The position numbers and the translations under genes are program-made. From the IMG/VR virus record IMGVR_UViG_3300025012_000027, positions 1 through 64,000 of that record: a stretch of 64,000 nt of DNA; one strand, 5' to 3'. Below, one piece after another: positions 1 to 8,552 of this stretch. The notes under the pieces are model-generated. The model was given only the letters and a program-made list of their open reading frames with translations, did not search any database and was not told the DNA's origin. The stretch's first letter is position 1; each line of letters begins with the position of its first letter.

Positions 1-1
1 T

Positions 2-58
2 TATCACTCTGCCGCCATTCACTTTTATGACGCGGGCAACGCATACCCTAATTCTTAA
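2..58 (+). CDS. C-terminal end of an upstream RCC1-repeat protein (partial, begins before window)
   Basis: Frame from nt 2 reads YHSAAIHFYDAGNAYPNS*, matching the YHTAAI blade end of the two downstream RCC1 proteins. Confidence 0.6.
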   Translation, partial: YHSAAIHFYDAGNAYPNS

Positions 59-79
59 TCACATTAATGGAAAATAATT

Positions 80-733
80 ATGTTCGTAATCGTACACAAT
101 AACTCAGTAATTCTAGGGCCTATGAGATGGAATCGGTATAGGTTTGAAAACGTCATTCAGGAAGAATGTGAACTATCTGTATCATTACCATCCAGTAATG
201 AGAAAGATCCATTGTTGCTGTCAGCTGATGTACGAATATTACCAGTTGAACCTCTACCTCTTCCAGAATTCAATTCGAAGATCGAGTTTCTGCACGGTCC
301 ATTCTGGGAATTTACAGATCAAAAAGCTATATCATCATTCACAGTACAGCGACTCCCGATAGACGCCGTGAAAAACAAATTAATCAGCGTTTGCGCGGAT
401 GAACGTTGGCGCAGAGAATCGGTTGGTGTAAAAACTAATATTCAGGGAGCAGACATAACTGTAGATACTCGCCGTGGTAATCGGGATATATTTGTTCAGA
501 AGTACCTACTGATGAATGAAAGTGATACTGTTCGGTGGAAGTTTCCAGAAGAATGGGCAACACTCTCTAAAGTAGATCTAGCCCAAATCGTTTCAGCTGG
601 TGCTGGTTATATCCAATCGCAATTTGATTGGGAATCTAGTATGGTCGATTCTATAAATGCTTGCAGCACCCTCGAAGAATTGGATGCATTGGTTATCGTA
701 GAACCGGTCAACGAAAACCGTAGGGTAGTATAA
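80..733 (+). CDS. DUF4376-domain tail-fibre-associated protein
   Basis: C-terminal ERWRRESVGV..TVDTRRGNR..VRWKF..QSQFDWE..INACSTLEELDA pattern typical of DUF4376. Confidence 0.65.
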   Translation: MFVIVHNNSVILGPMRWNRYRFENVIQEECELSVSLPSSNEKDPLLLSADVRILPVEPLPLPEFNSKIEFLHGPFWEFTDQKAISSFTVQRLPIDAVKNKLISVCADERWRRESVGVKTNIQGADITVDTRRGNRDIFVQKYLLMNESDTVRWKFPEEWATLSKVDLAQIVSAGAGYIQSQFDWESSMVDSINACSTLEELDALVIVEPVNENRRVV

Positions 734-1941
734 TGCCAATTGGAATAACAACGGGGTTTAAAAACTCATCGGGGGAAGACATCGGGGAGAAACTCGTCCC
801 CAAGAGTTATTTGATTGACCGGTATCCAGAATTGGTTGATACGTTTCGTTTTTCTGGATTATGGATGTGGGGTCATAATAACTATGGCGGACTAGGTGAT
901 AACTCTGTCATCCATAAAAGTTCTCCAATACAAACTATCGCTGGTGGAACGAACTGGAAAACGGTTTCTGGTAGTGGATATCACACATCTGCCATAAAAA
1001 CTGACGGTACTTTGTGGACGTGGGGCCATAATAACTATGGACAATTAGGTGATAACACTATTGATAATAAAAGTTCTCCAGTACAAACTATTGCAGGTGG
1101 AACGAACTGGAAGCAAGTATCTAGCGGTTGGTTTCACACATCTGCCATAAAAACTGACGGTACTTTGTGGACGTGGGGTCTTAATAATAATGGTCAATTA
1201 GGTGATAACTCTGTCATCCGTAAAAGTTCTCCAATACAAACTGTTGCTGGAGGAACGAACTGGAAAACGGTTTCTGGTAGTATATATCATACGGCTGCTA
1301 TAAAAACTGACGGTACTTTATGGACATGGGGTCGTAATAACTATGGTCAACTAGGTGATAGCACTGTTGCTAATAAAAGTTCCACCGTGCAAACTATTGC
1401 TGGAGGAACGAACTGGAAACTGGTTGATTGTGGTGCACATCACACATCTGCTATAAAAACTGACGGTACTTTGTGGCTGTGGGGTTACAATGGATACGGT
1501 CAACTAGGTGATAGCACTGTTGCTAGTAAAAGTTCTCCAGTGCAAACTGTCGCTGGTGGAACGAACTGGAAGTTGGTTGCTGGTGGTGCATATCATACGG
1601 CTGCCATTAAAACCGATGGTACTTTATGGACATGGGGTCGTAATAACTATGGTCAACTAGGTGATAACACTGATGCTAATAAAAGTTCTCCAGTACAAAC
1701 TATTGCAGGTGGAACGAACTGGAAACTAGTGGCCGGTGGATCATATCACACATCTGCTATAAAAACCGATGGTACTTTATGGCTGTGGGGTTACAATGGA
1801 TACGGTCAACTAGGTGATAGCACTGTTGCTAATAAAAGTTCCACCGTGCAAACTATTGCTGGAGGAACGAACTGGAAACTGGTTGATTGTGGTGGTTATC
1901 ACACTATAGCCATACGAGACGATTCAGACGACTATATATGA
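733..1941 (+). CDS. RCC1-repeat (7-blade beta-propeller) protein, probable receptor-binding/fibre-tip protein
   Basis: Seven 51-aa repeats HTxAIKTDGTLWxWGxNxYGQLGDxT..KSSPVQTIAGGTNWK. Confidence 0.85.
   Translation: MPIGITTGFKNSSGEDIGEKLVPKSYLIDRYPELVDTFRFSGLWMWGHNNYGGLGDNSVIHKSSPIQTIAGGTNWKTVSGSGYHTSAIKTDGTLWTWGHNNYGQLGDNTIDNKSSPVQTIAGGTNWKQVSSGWFHTSAIKTDGTLWTWGLNNNGQLGDNSVIRKSSPIQTVAGGTNWKTVSGSIYHTAAIKTDGTLWTWGRNNYGQLGDSTVANKSSTVQTIAGGTNWKLVDCGAHHTSAIKTDGTLWLWGYNGYGQLGDSTVASKSSPVQTVAGGTNWKLVAGGAYHTAAIKTDGTLWTWGRNNYGQLGDNTDANKSSPVQTIAGGTNWKLVAGGSYHTSAIKTDGTLWLWGYNGYGQLGDSTVANKSSTVQTIAGGTNWKLVDCGGYHTIAIRDDSDDYI
862..1914 (+). repeat. 153-bp coding tandem repeat (7 units)
   Basis: Near-identical units at 153-bp period; 1345-1435 is identical to 1804-1894. 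Confidence 0.9.
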
Positions 1942-2435
1942 TACACCCACTCGTTAAAATAATCACGGTCGATGGGTTCTTCACCCACGAGCAGGCGAAT
2001 TCGCTAGTCGCGTCAACATACAACCTCGAGTATGTCTCAACCGAGTTTGGAAAAGAAATACCAAACTTTAATCTGATATCACCTAACTTCAATGAATCTG
2101 CTTCGGCGATGTTGAATACATCGATAGAAGTTGATGAATCTAGGTCCGGGTTCTTTAGGCTGCCTGAGAATTTTATACATTTCGAAGGATTCGATAGCAC
2201 AGATGAATGGGTGTTTGCTGTAGCTCTGCAACAATCTACGTTCAACGTATTCGAGCATAAATCTGGAGCAACTACGGCTTTGCACGGACATAAATATAAC
2301 TATCGAGACCTGTTCCAGTGGGATTTAAAAATTAACTATGTGTTAGATCCTGGGCAAGGCGTACTGTTCAGACCGTGGTTATTTCATTCGTTCGATACTG
2401 GACTGATCCAAACATTTAGGGTAACTGAACGATGA
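1938..2435 (+). CDS. 2OG-Fe(II) oxygenase-like / DUF6445-like protein
   Basis: IITVDGFF start, IHFE, GVLFRPWLFHS motifs; ATG 1938 overlaps upstream TGA (ATGA). Confidence 0.5.
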   Translation: MIHPLVKIITVDGFFTHEQANSLVASTYNLEYVSTEFGKEIPNFNLISPNFNESASAMLNTSIEVDESRSGFFRLPENFIHFEGFDSTDEWVFAVALQQSTFNVFEHKSGATTALHGHKYNYRDLFQWDLKINYVLDPGQGVLFRPWLFHSFDTGLIQTFRVTER

Positions 2436-3604
2436 CAATTAATTTTAGAACAACGATTCAAGATCCCACCGGGGCTGGTAGTGATTTAGGAGATCTTTTC
2501 ATTCCTAGATCACTGTTTAGTGATGCTGGATTATGGACGTGGGGCCGTAATAGCTATGGTCAGTTAGGTGATAGCACTGGTGCTAGTAAAAGCTCTCCAG
2601 TACAAACTATCGCCGGTGGTACGAACTGGAAGCTGGTTGCTGGTGGTCGATATCACACAGCCGCCATAAAAACCGATGGTACTTTATGGTCGTGGGGTCG
2701 TAATACCTATGGCGAACTAGGTGATAACACCATCGCCCATAAAAGCTCTCCAGTACAAACTATCGCTGGAGGAACTAACTGGAAACTGGTGGCTAGCGGG
2801 TGGTTGCACACAGCCGCAATTAAAACCGATGGTACTTTATGGACATGGGGATATAATTACTATGGTACACTCGGTGATAACACTATTGCTAATAAAAGCT
2901 CACCAGTACAAACTATCGCTGGAGGAACGAACTGGAAACTGGTAGCTGGTGGCCGATATCACACAGCCGCAATTAAAACCGATGGTACTTTATGGCTGTG
3001 GGGTCGCAATAACTATGGTCAACTAGGTGATAACACTCGCGTCAGTAAAAGCTCTCCTGTACAAACTATAGATGATGAAGGAACCAACTGGAAATCTGTT
3101 TCAGGCGGGACCGCCCACACAGCCGCAATTAAAACCGATGGTACTTTGTGGCTGTGGGGTACTAATTATTATGGTACACTCGGTGATGAAACTATCATCG
3201 ATAAAAGCTCTCCTATACAAACTGTCGCCGGTGGCACGAACTGGAAACTGGTAGCTAGTGGTGATTATTATACTGCTGCCATTAAAACTGACGGTACTTT
3301 ATGGACATGGGGTCGCAATAACTATGGCTCTCTCGGTGACAACACTATTGCTCATAAAAGTTCTCCAATACAAACTATCGCTGGAGGAACGAACTGGAAG
3401 CAGGTTGAATGTGGAACAGATTACATAGCCGCCATTAAAACTGATGGTACTTTATGGACGTGGGGGGCTAATTTCTATGGTATGCTAGGTGATAACACTG
3501 ACATCAGTAAAAGTTCTCCCGTACAAACTATCGCTGGTGGAACGAACTGGAAGTTGATTGGTGGTGGCATGATGCATACTGTAGCCATAAGAGACGATTC
3601 ATAG
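2432..3604 (+). CDS. Second RCC1-repeat beta-propeller protein
   Basis: Seven repeats of the same 51-aa unit as 733..1941. Confidence 0.85.
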   Translation: MTINFRTTIQDPTGAGSDLGDLFIPRSLFSDAGLWTWGRNSYGQLGDSTGASKSSPVQTIAGGTNWKLVAGGRYHTAAIKTDGTLWSWGRNTYGELGDNTIAHKSSPVQTIAGGTNWKLVASGWLHTAAIKTDGTLWTWGYNYYGTLGDNTIANKSSPVQTIAGGTNWKLVAGGRYHTAAIKTDGTLWLWGRNNYGQLGDNTRVSKSSPVQTIDDEGTNWKSVSGGTAHTAAIKTDGTLWLWGTNYYGTLGDETIIDKSSPIQTVAGGTNWKLVASGDYYTAAIKTDGTLWTWGRNNYGSLGDNTIAHKSSPIQTIAGGTNWKQVECGTDYIAAIKTDGTLWTWGANFYGMLGDNTDISKSSPVQTIAGGTNWKLIGGGMMHTVAIRDDS

Positions 3605-3609
3605 TAGCA

Positions 3610-3615
3610 TAAATA
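3610..3615 (+). promoter_or_regulatory. T4-type late promoter (TAAATA)
   Basis: CATAAATA in intergenic gap, 20 nt upstream of ATG 3636; gp55/gp33 are encoded in the window. Confidence 0.6.
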
Positions 3616-3635
3616 TAGTTTTACATTGGTATATT

Positions 3636-4199
3636 ATGAAAATAAATATTGGATCTGGTAGTAAGCGATATGATGGTATAATCAACATTGATTCTGATGC
3701 GGGGTCTAACCCAGATTTCGTTGTAAATCTCGAAACTGAGAATCTGCCGTTTGATGACAACAGTGTTGATTACGTCATGGCACATCACATTTTAGAGCAT
3801 TTAGGCGATGGATTCTTTCATTGCCTGAAAGAAATATATCGAGTGTGCAAACATGGTGCGATCATTGATGTGCGTGTCCCACATCCCCGACACGACACGT
3901 TCTTAATTGACCCCACACATAAACGCCCTATATATCCACATACGTTGGATATGTTTTCAAAGGCTCGTAATAAGAGAGACCTTGATAGCAACGGGTGTGA
4001 AACGCCGCTTGGATTTATCAATGATATTGACCTACAGGTGGTTGATCATAATTTTGTTTTAGACGAATACTGGATACAGAAATTCAAACATCTATCTGAG
4101 GATGAATGTGAGCATATTGCTAGATCTATGAATAACGTGATTCTCGAAATATCAATAAAACTGAAAGTGGTTAAGCAAAACAATACTCGCAGAGATTGA
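3636..4199 (+). CDS. Class I SAM-dependent methyltransferase (Methyltransf_11-like)
   Basis: INIGSG motif I, LPFDDNSVD, HILEHL, EIYRVCKHG, DPTH. Confidence 0.8.
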   Translation: MKINIGSGSKRYDGIINIDSDAGSNPDFVVNLETENLPFDDNSVDYVMAHHILEHLGDGFFHCLKEIYRVCKHGAIIDVRVPHPRHDTFLIDPTHKRPIYPHTLDMFSKARNKRDLDSNGCETPLGFINDIDLQVVDHNFVLDEYWIQKFKHLSEDECEHIARSMNNVILEISIKLKVVKQNNTRRD

Positions 4200-4206
4200 A
4201 TATACT

Positions 4207-5523
4207 ATGAATCCATTAGCAACAGTTGAGTTTTTTATACATATAAATCAGTTTGAAAAAGCTAAAATAGTTCTCGATTTATTAAAACCATATGCAAGAT
4301 CCGTGCAAGAGATTGATCAGTTAGGTAAGCTATATGCCGATATACGAGAATTTGCCGACACTCTCGAATTAGGGCAACGGATATATGAGTTAGTTGACCA
4401 CCCTCAAGCAAAGTATGATTCTAGAGTGAACATAATACGAGCATTGCTTAATCTGAATAAGCCAAATGAAGCTCTTGAACTCATTCTGATAAACGAACAA
4501 GAGCAGCCTGACGATCATCCAAATCAGATGGATAAGGCGATGTGTTTTTTCCTATTAGACCAAAAGGATTCTGGCGAAGCCATTCTTAGACAAATATTAT
4601 CTGAGCCGCACACTCAAGATATCGATAATCGGGTGAGGTTCAATCTTGGCACATATGACTTGCGCAACGGTAATTTTAAACAAGGCCTGCGAGAGGTTTT
4701 GCTAGGCGGCAGGAAACTTAACATATGGCATGAATTCAAGTTTCCAAAATCTCAATTGTGGGAAGGCAATCCGCAACCAGGCAAACGCATTCTCGTATGC
4801 GCTGAGGGTGGAATAGGAGATGAGATAATATCGGTTAGATTCATGAAGCATTTGCGCGATGCTGGGATGCTCCCGATTTGGTACACTGATAGAGAAGATA
4901 TTCGGACTATCTTCACTCGGAATGGTTTTGAAACAACCACTAACATAAGCATATTACCGGCCGACTGGTTATGGACGTATTCTATGCCTATACCATCATA
5001 TCTAGATCTATCAGAGGATGCTGTGTGGTATGGTCCATATATTTCACCTACCAATCAAACACCAAAATTATCCACTTCAGGAAAGAAGAAGATTGGTATA
5101 AAGTGTATGGGCAACCCTAAGTATGATCAAGATTTACATAGGACAGTACCTTTCATAGAATTGATAGACAGCATTCCAGATGAATATGAGATATACTCGT
5201 TTCATATAGATGAAGATTTCACCCACCCCAGAGTCATCCAGTTGAAAGATAAGATACACTCGTGGGATGATACCTTGGATTATATAACCCAAATGGATAT
5301 CATTGTTTCTAGCTGTACTTCTTTGATACATGCGGCGGGTGCTATGGGCAAATCATCGATCGTCATTGTGCCTATACTAACGTATTACACATGGGCAAAA
5401 CCTGGTCTGAGGTCTTTGTGGTATGGCGATAATTTACGGGTCTTGAGGCAGGTTGAATATGACAACTGGTCCGCTCCCCTTAATGAACTCAACAAAATAC
5501 TATGCCCGTCAAATACCGTATAA
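4207..5523 (+). CDS. TPR-repeat + glycosyltransferase family 9-like protein
   Basis: Helical N-terminus; WEG..GKRILVCAEGGIGDEI, MDIIVSSCTSLIHAAGAMG, WY..LRVLRQ motifs. Confidence 0.75.
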   Translation: MNPLATVEFFIHINQFEKAKIVLDLLKPYARSVQEIDQLGKLYADIREFADTLELGQRIYELVDHPQAKYDSRVNIIRALLNLNKPNEALELILINEQEQPDDHPNQMDKAMCFFLLDQKDSGEAILRQILSEPHTQDIDNRVRFNLGTYDLRNGNFKQGLREVLLGGRKLNIWHEFKFPKSQLWEGNPQPGKRILVCAEGGIGDEIISVRFMKHLRDAGMLPIWYTDREDIRTIFTRNGFETTTNISILPADWLWTYSMPIPSYLDLSEDAVWYGPYISPTNQTPKLSTSGKKKIGIKCMGNPKYDQDLHRTVPFIELIDSIPDEYEIYSFHIDEDFTHPRVIQLKDKIHSWDDTLDYITQMDIIVSSCTSLIHAAGAMGKSSIVIVPILTYYTWAKPGLRSLWYGDNLRVLRQVEYDNWSAPLNELNKILCPSNTV

Positions 5524-5858
5524 TAAATATCAACTTAACATCCTCGGTGTCCGATGCTCCTATAGCTGATGTGCCATGCAATGGGTGCATTAGGTGCTGT
5601 GAATTATTGACTCCCTTCCTAACCCCCGAAGAACTGAGTTCTGGCCTATACCCTATAAGTCTGATTCAACCGTCTGAAGATGCCGTGTTAGCAACACCTG
5701 ATATAGGCCCTCTGATTTCACTATATCGGAAGCCAGATGGTGGGTGTAGTATGCTAGTCGATGGACAGTGTACAATATATGACATTAGGCCAAAAGCGTG
5801 TCGACAATTCGATTGCCGTAAAGGACATCATCCCAAAATCCCCAACATGACGATATAA
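5502..5858 (+). CDS. YkgJ-family (CxxCxxCC) cysteine-cluster protein
   Basis: CNGCIRCC ... CSML..CTIYDIRPKACRQFDC. Confidence 0.8.
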   Translation: MPVKYRIININLTSSVSDAPIADVPCNGCIRCCELLTPFLTPEELSSGLYPISLIQPSEDAVLATPDIGPLISLYRKPDGGCSMLVDGQCTIYDIRPKACRQFDCRKGHHPKIPNMTI

Positions 5859-5859
5859 T

Positions 5860-6651
5860 ATGGAAAAAACTTATCACTTTCTTTCAGGACTTCCTAGATC
5901 AGGTTCCACCGTTTTAGCATCAATACTGAATCAAAATCCCGAGGTATATGTTACCCCAACTTCACCTATGCTAAACGTGGCAGTAAAAATGCAAGAGGCA
6001 TGGCGCAACGATCCCACGGTTAAAGCAAATTACTACGAAGAACAAGCGCGCGATTTGACTAAAGCTATCCTGCCAGCATTTTGGAAACACCGGCCTGAAT
6101 CTATTATCATCGATAAAGGAAGAGGGTGGGCTAAGAATATGCCAACCGCATCGGCACTGTTTGGTAAAAAAATTAAAGCTATCGTGATGACTCGTGATCT
6201 TCCTAGCATAATGGCTAGTTGGTTGACAATCATCAGAAACCAACCTGGGTGTTTTGTTGATAAGAATCTCTTGTTAACCGGGCATCTCGTTACAGATGAA
6301 AATAGAGTCGGTGAGATGTGGTTTAATATGGTTAAAGATTGTATGGAGGGGCTTCATCAAATAAAGAGAGAGGCGGCCGACCAAATTGTCATCGTAGAAT
6401 ATGACAAATTTATAGAAACCCCGATGGTAGAGCTTGATAGGATTGCAGACTTTCTGCAATTGCCGTCATTCGAGTATGACGTAAATACGATAGAAAATGA
6501 TACAGCTGATGATGATTTGATTGCATGGGGGTTTGAAGGATTACATACCATCAGGCCTGTGTTAGGGAAAACGTCAAAACACCCTCGTGAAGTTTTGGGT
6601 GATATGCTGTATTATCGATTCGTCGAACTTGAAAAACAATACATTCTTTAA
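5860..6651 (+). CDS. Sulfotransferase family protein
   Basis: 5'-PSB motif LSGLPRSGSTVLASILNQNP, IIDKGRGW, MTRDLPSIMAS. Confidence 0.85.
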   Translation: MEKTYHFLSGLPRSGSTVLASILNQNPEVYVTPTSPMLNVAVKMQEAWRNDPTVKANYYEEQARDLTKAILPAFWKHRPESIIIDKGRGWAKNMPTASALFGKKIKAIVMTRDLPSIMASWLTIIRNQPGCFVDKNLLLTGHLVTDENRVGEMWFNMVKDCMEGLHQIKREAADQIVIVEYDKFIETPMVELDRIADFLQLPSFEYDVNTIENDTADDDLIAWGFEGLHTIRPVLGKTSKHPREVLGDMLYYRFVELEKQYIL

Positions 6652-6657
6652 GTTTAT

Positions 6658-7092
6658 ATGAAAAAGATTCTCATTATGGGACTACCTGGATCTGGAAAAA
6701 CCTTTTTAGCGTCTGCTCTGAAAGATCGATTGATCGATTCGAACAAGACCGTTGACTGGTTTAACGCAGATGATATCAGGCGCAGATATGATGATTGGGA
6801 TTTTTCAACCGACGGTCGCATTAGACAGTCCGTGAGGATGGCACAGCTCGCCAATGAATCAGTATCTGATTTTGTAATTGCTGATTTTGTCGCACCGCTC
6901 ATAAAAATGAGGGAAAATTTCAATTCCGATTACACTATATGGGTTGACACGATCGATAAGAGCAGGTATCCAGATACGAATATAGCATTCATCCCGCCAA
7001 CGACGTATGATTTTAGAGTAACTGAGCAGAATTCTGACCATTGGGCTAGTATCATCGCAAATTCTATTCTAAGAGATCGGTGTTGGTTATAG
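6658..7092 (+). CDS. cysC: Adenylyl-sulfate (APS) kinase-like P-loop protein
   Basis: ILIMGLPGSGKT, NADDIR, DFSTDGRIRQ, ADFVAP; adjacent to the sulfotransferase. Confidence 0.75.
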   Translation: MKKILIMGLPGSGKTFLASALKDRLIDSNKTVDWFNADDIRRRYDDWDFSTDGRIRQSVRMAQLANESVSDFVIADFVAPLIKMRENFNSDYTIWVDTIDKSRYPDTNIAFIPPTTYDFRVTEQNSDHWASIIANSILRDRCWL

Positions 7093-7108
7093 TAGCAGCG
7101 TGAACGAC

Positions 7109-7203
7109 GCTTAAATAGTATGAGTAACTAATTGGATACCTTATGCGACTAACTCTAGAAGAAACACAATACCTGTTAGATGAATCTACTCAACATCTAA
7201 CCG
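7109..7203 (+). repeat. Copy 1 of late-promoter + 5'-gene repeat
   Basis: 92/95 nt identical to 15353-15447; contains TAAATA 7112-7117 and ATG 7143. Confidence 0.95.
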
Positions 7204-7244
7204 CGCGAGTTGCGGCAATCGATCCAGAAGGAGGTATACTGTGA
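7143..7244 (+). CDS. 33-aa chimeric mini-ORF (N-terminus of gene 15387 fused to unrelated tail); possibly a pseudogene/leader peptide
   Basis: MRLTLEETQYLLDESTQHLTARVAAIDPEGGIL*; its TGA overlaps the GTG start of 7241. Confidence 0.45.
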   Translation: MRLTLEETQYLLDESTQHLTARVAAIDPEGGIL

Positions 7245-7759
7245 AAGCAAGCTACATTTACATTCCGCTCATCGGCCTGTTCAGGGTATTTTTATCATTT
7301 ACTGCGCCAATAGTCGTACTGCTGGCCCTACCGTTTATCAAATGGGATAAAGAGCCTTCCGTTGGTCCACAAAGAACCAATCCTCCAACGCCCACGATCA
7401 TGGGCGATTTCCCGAACTGGCTCTCGTGGCTCAGTACTCCAGATCAACGATTACCATGTGATACAGGTATACCAACATGTAAAGCATGGGTAGATCGGTA
7501 TGGTAAGTGGGTAGCTGCTTGGTTATGGGCTGGAGTGCGAAATCAGTATTTCGGATTCGCTATATGGCTAGGCAACCAAACTTCCAACTATGCTCCCTAC
7601 GACATTGAAGGCTATTGGGAGCGTACCGACCAATATGGTACGATTTGGAGGTATCGGAAGACTTTTGGTAAGATCAGCATCATGACCGGATACAATGTTT
7701 ACGCTATGCTAGATGGATCTTTCCATACAGCGCCAATCCTCACAGTTAAACTTCGTTGA
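7241..7759 (+). CDS. Hypothetical membrane-associated phage protein
   Basis: GGAGG SD before GTG; hydrophobic N-terminus, Trp-rich (WLSWLSTPD, WLWAGVRN). Confidence 0.7.
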   Translation: MKASYIYIPLIGLFRVFLSFTAPIVVLLALPFIKWDKEPSVGPQRTNPPTPTIMGDFPNWLSWLSTPDQRLPCDTGIPTCKAWVDRYGKWVAAWLWAGVRNQYFGFAIWLGNQTSNYAPYDIEGYWERTDQYGTIWRYRKTFGKISIMTGYNVYAMLDGSFHTAPILTVKLR

Positions 7760-7781
7760 CATTATCATTACTGGCTGACAA

Positions 7782-7864
7782 CTTAAATAGTAAGAGTAAC
7801 TAATTGGGATACCTCATGCAACTAACTCTAGAAGACACGCGACAGCTAACCGAGGAACTGCTGC
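7782..7864 (+). repeat. Copy 2 (diverged, 24-nt in-frame deletion) of late-promoter + 5'-gene repeat
   Basis: cttaaatagtaagagtaactaattgggatacctcatgcaactaactctagaaga...gctaaccgaggaactgctgc aligns to 15354 onward. Confidence 0.9.
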
Positions 7865-7908
7865 GGGCGAAAACAACTTCTCGAATCGGTGCTCGATGTA
7901 TCAAGTAA
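7816..7908 (+). CDS. 30-aa mini-ORF derived from the N-terminus of gene 15387
   Basis: MQLTLEDTRQLTEELLRAKTTSRIGARCIK*. Confidence 0.4.
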   Translation: MQLTLEDTRQLTEELLRAKTTSRIGARCIK

Positions 7909-7922
7909 ATTTGGAGTAAAAT

Positions 7923-8552
7923 ATGAATATTGACTTTACCTATGCAATAACAAGCGTCAATCACGCAACAAAAACTATGATGGTATCGTATTCTGCCACC
8001 AATTACCCAACGGTATCCAAAGAGGTGCGCATACCATGGCGTGAAGAAGATCTCGATATCGTATTGCGAGAGTATGCTCCGTACGGCGTGTGGTGGGCAT
8101 ATAATAAGCCAACTAAAGATATTGTTGTAGGTACTAAAGGATTGATCAACTCTCAAAATAAGCCTGCTGTAAAGGTAATTCCACAAACTGATGTAAACAC
8201 CGTTAAAGCAGAGCAAATATCTAAAATTGCGCAATCTAGATATCTGTATGAGACGAGTGGTATAAATATAAACGGCACTCGATTCAAAACGGATCGCGAA
8301 TCGCAGGCAGCTATCACATCAGCATTTATCAGTCTATCGCAGGGATTATTGACTACGGTAGATTGGAAAACTGAACCTTCTGTATGGATTACGTTAGATT
8401 TGCAGAAAATTACTGATGTCTACAATGCAGTTATGACTAAAGTGCAATTGGGGCATACTACAGAAAAAGAATTGGTCACATCTATCAATAACGTCGATGC
8501 CAAATTAGACAACGCTATCAAACTCATTGAGGATATCGTATGGCCTCAATGA
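7923..8552 (+). CDS. DUF4376-domain tail-fibre-associated protein
   Basis: IAQSRYLYETSGININGTRFKTDRESQAAI..VDWKT..IVWP. Confidence 0.75.
   Translation: MNIDFTYAITSVNHATKTMMVSYSATNYPTVSKEVRIPWREEDLDIVLREYAPYGVWWAYNKPTKDIVVGTKGLINSQNKPAVKVIPQTDVNTVKAEQISKIAQSRYLYETSGININGTRFKTDRESQAAITSAFISLSQGLLTTVDWKTEPSVWITLDLQKITDVYNAVMTKVQLGHTTEKELVTSINNVDAKLDNAIKLIEDIVWPQ

Noticed and set aside
862-3600. CRISPR-like array
   Set aside because: Repeats are 153-bp in-frame coding units with no unique spacers
733-3604. Diversity-generating retroelement acting on the RCC1 repeats
   Set aside because: No reverse transcriptase or non-coding template repeat in the window. One variable column (before YH) is mostly NNR codons, which does not fit AAY-only mutagenesis. 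It cannot be excluded outside the window.
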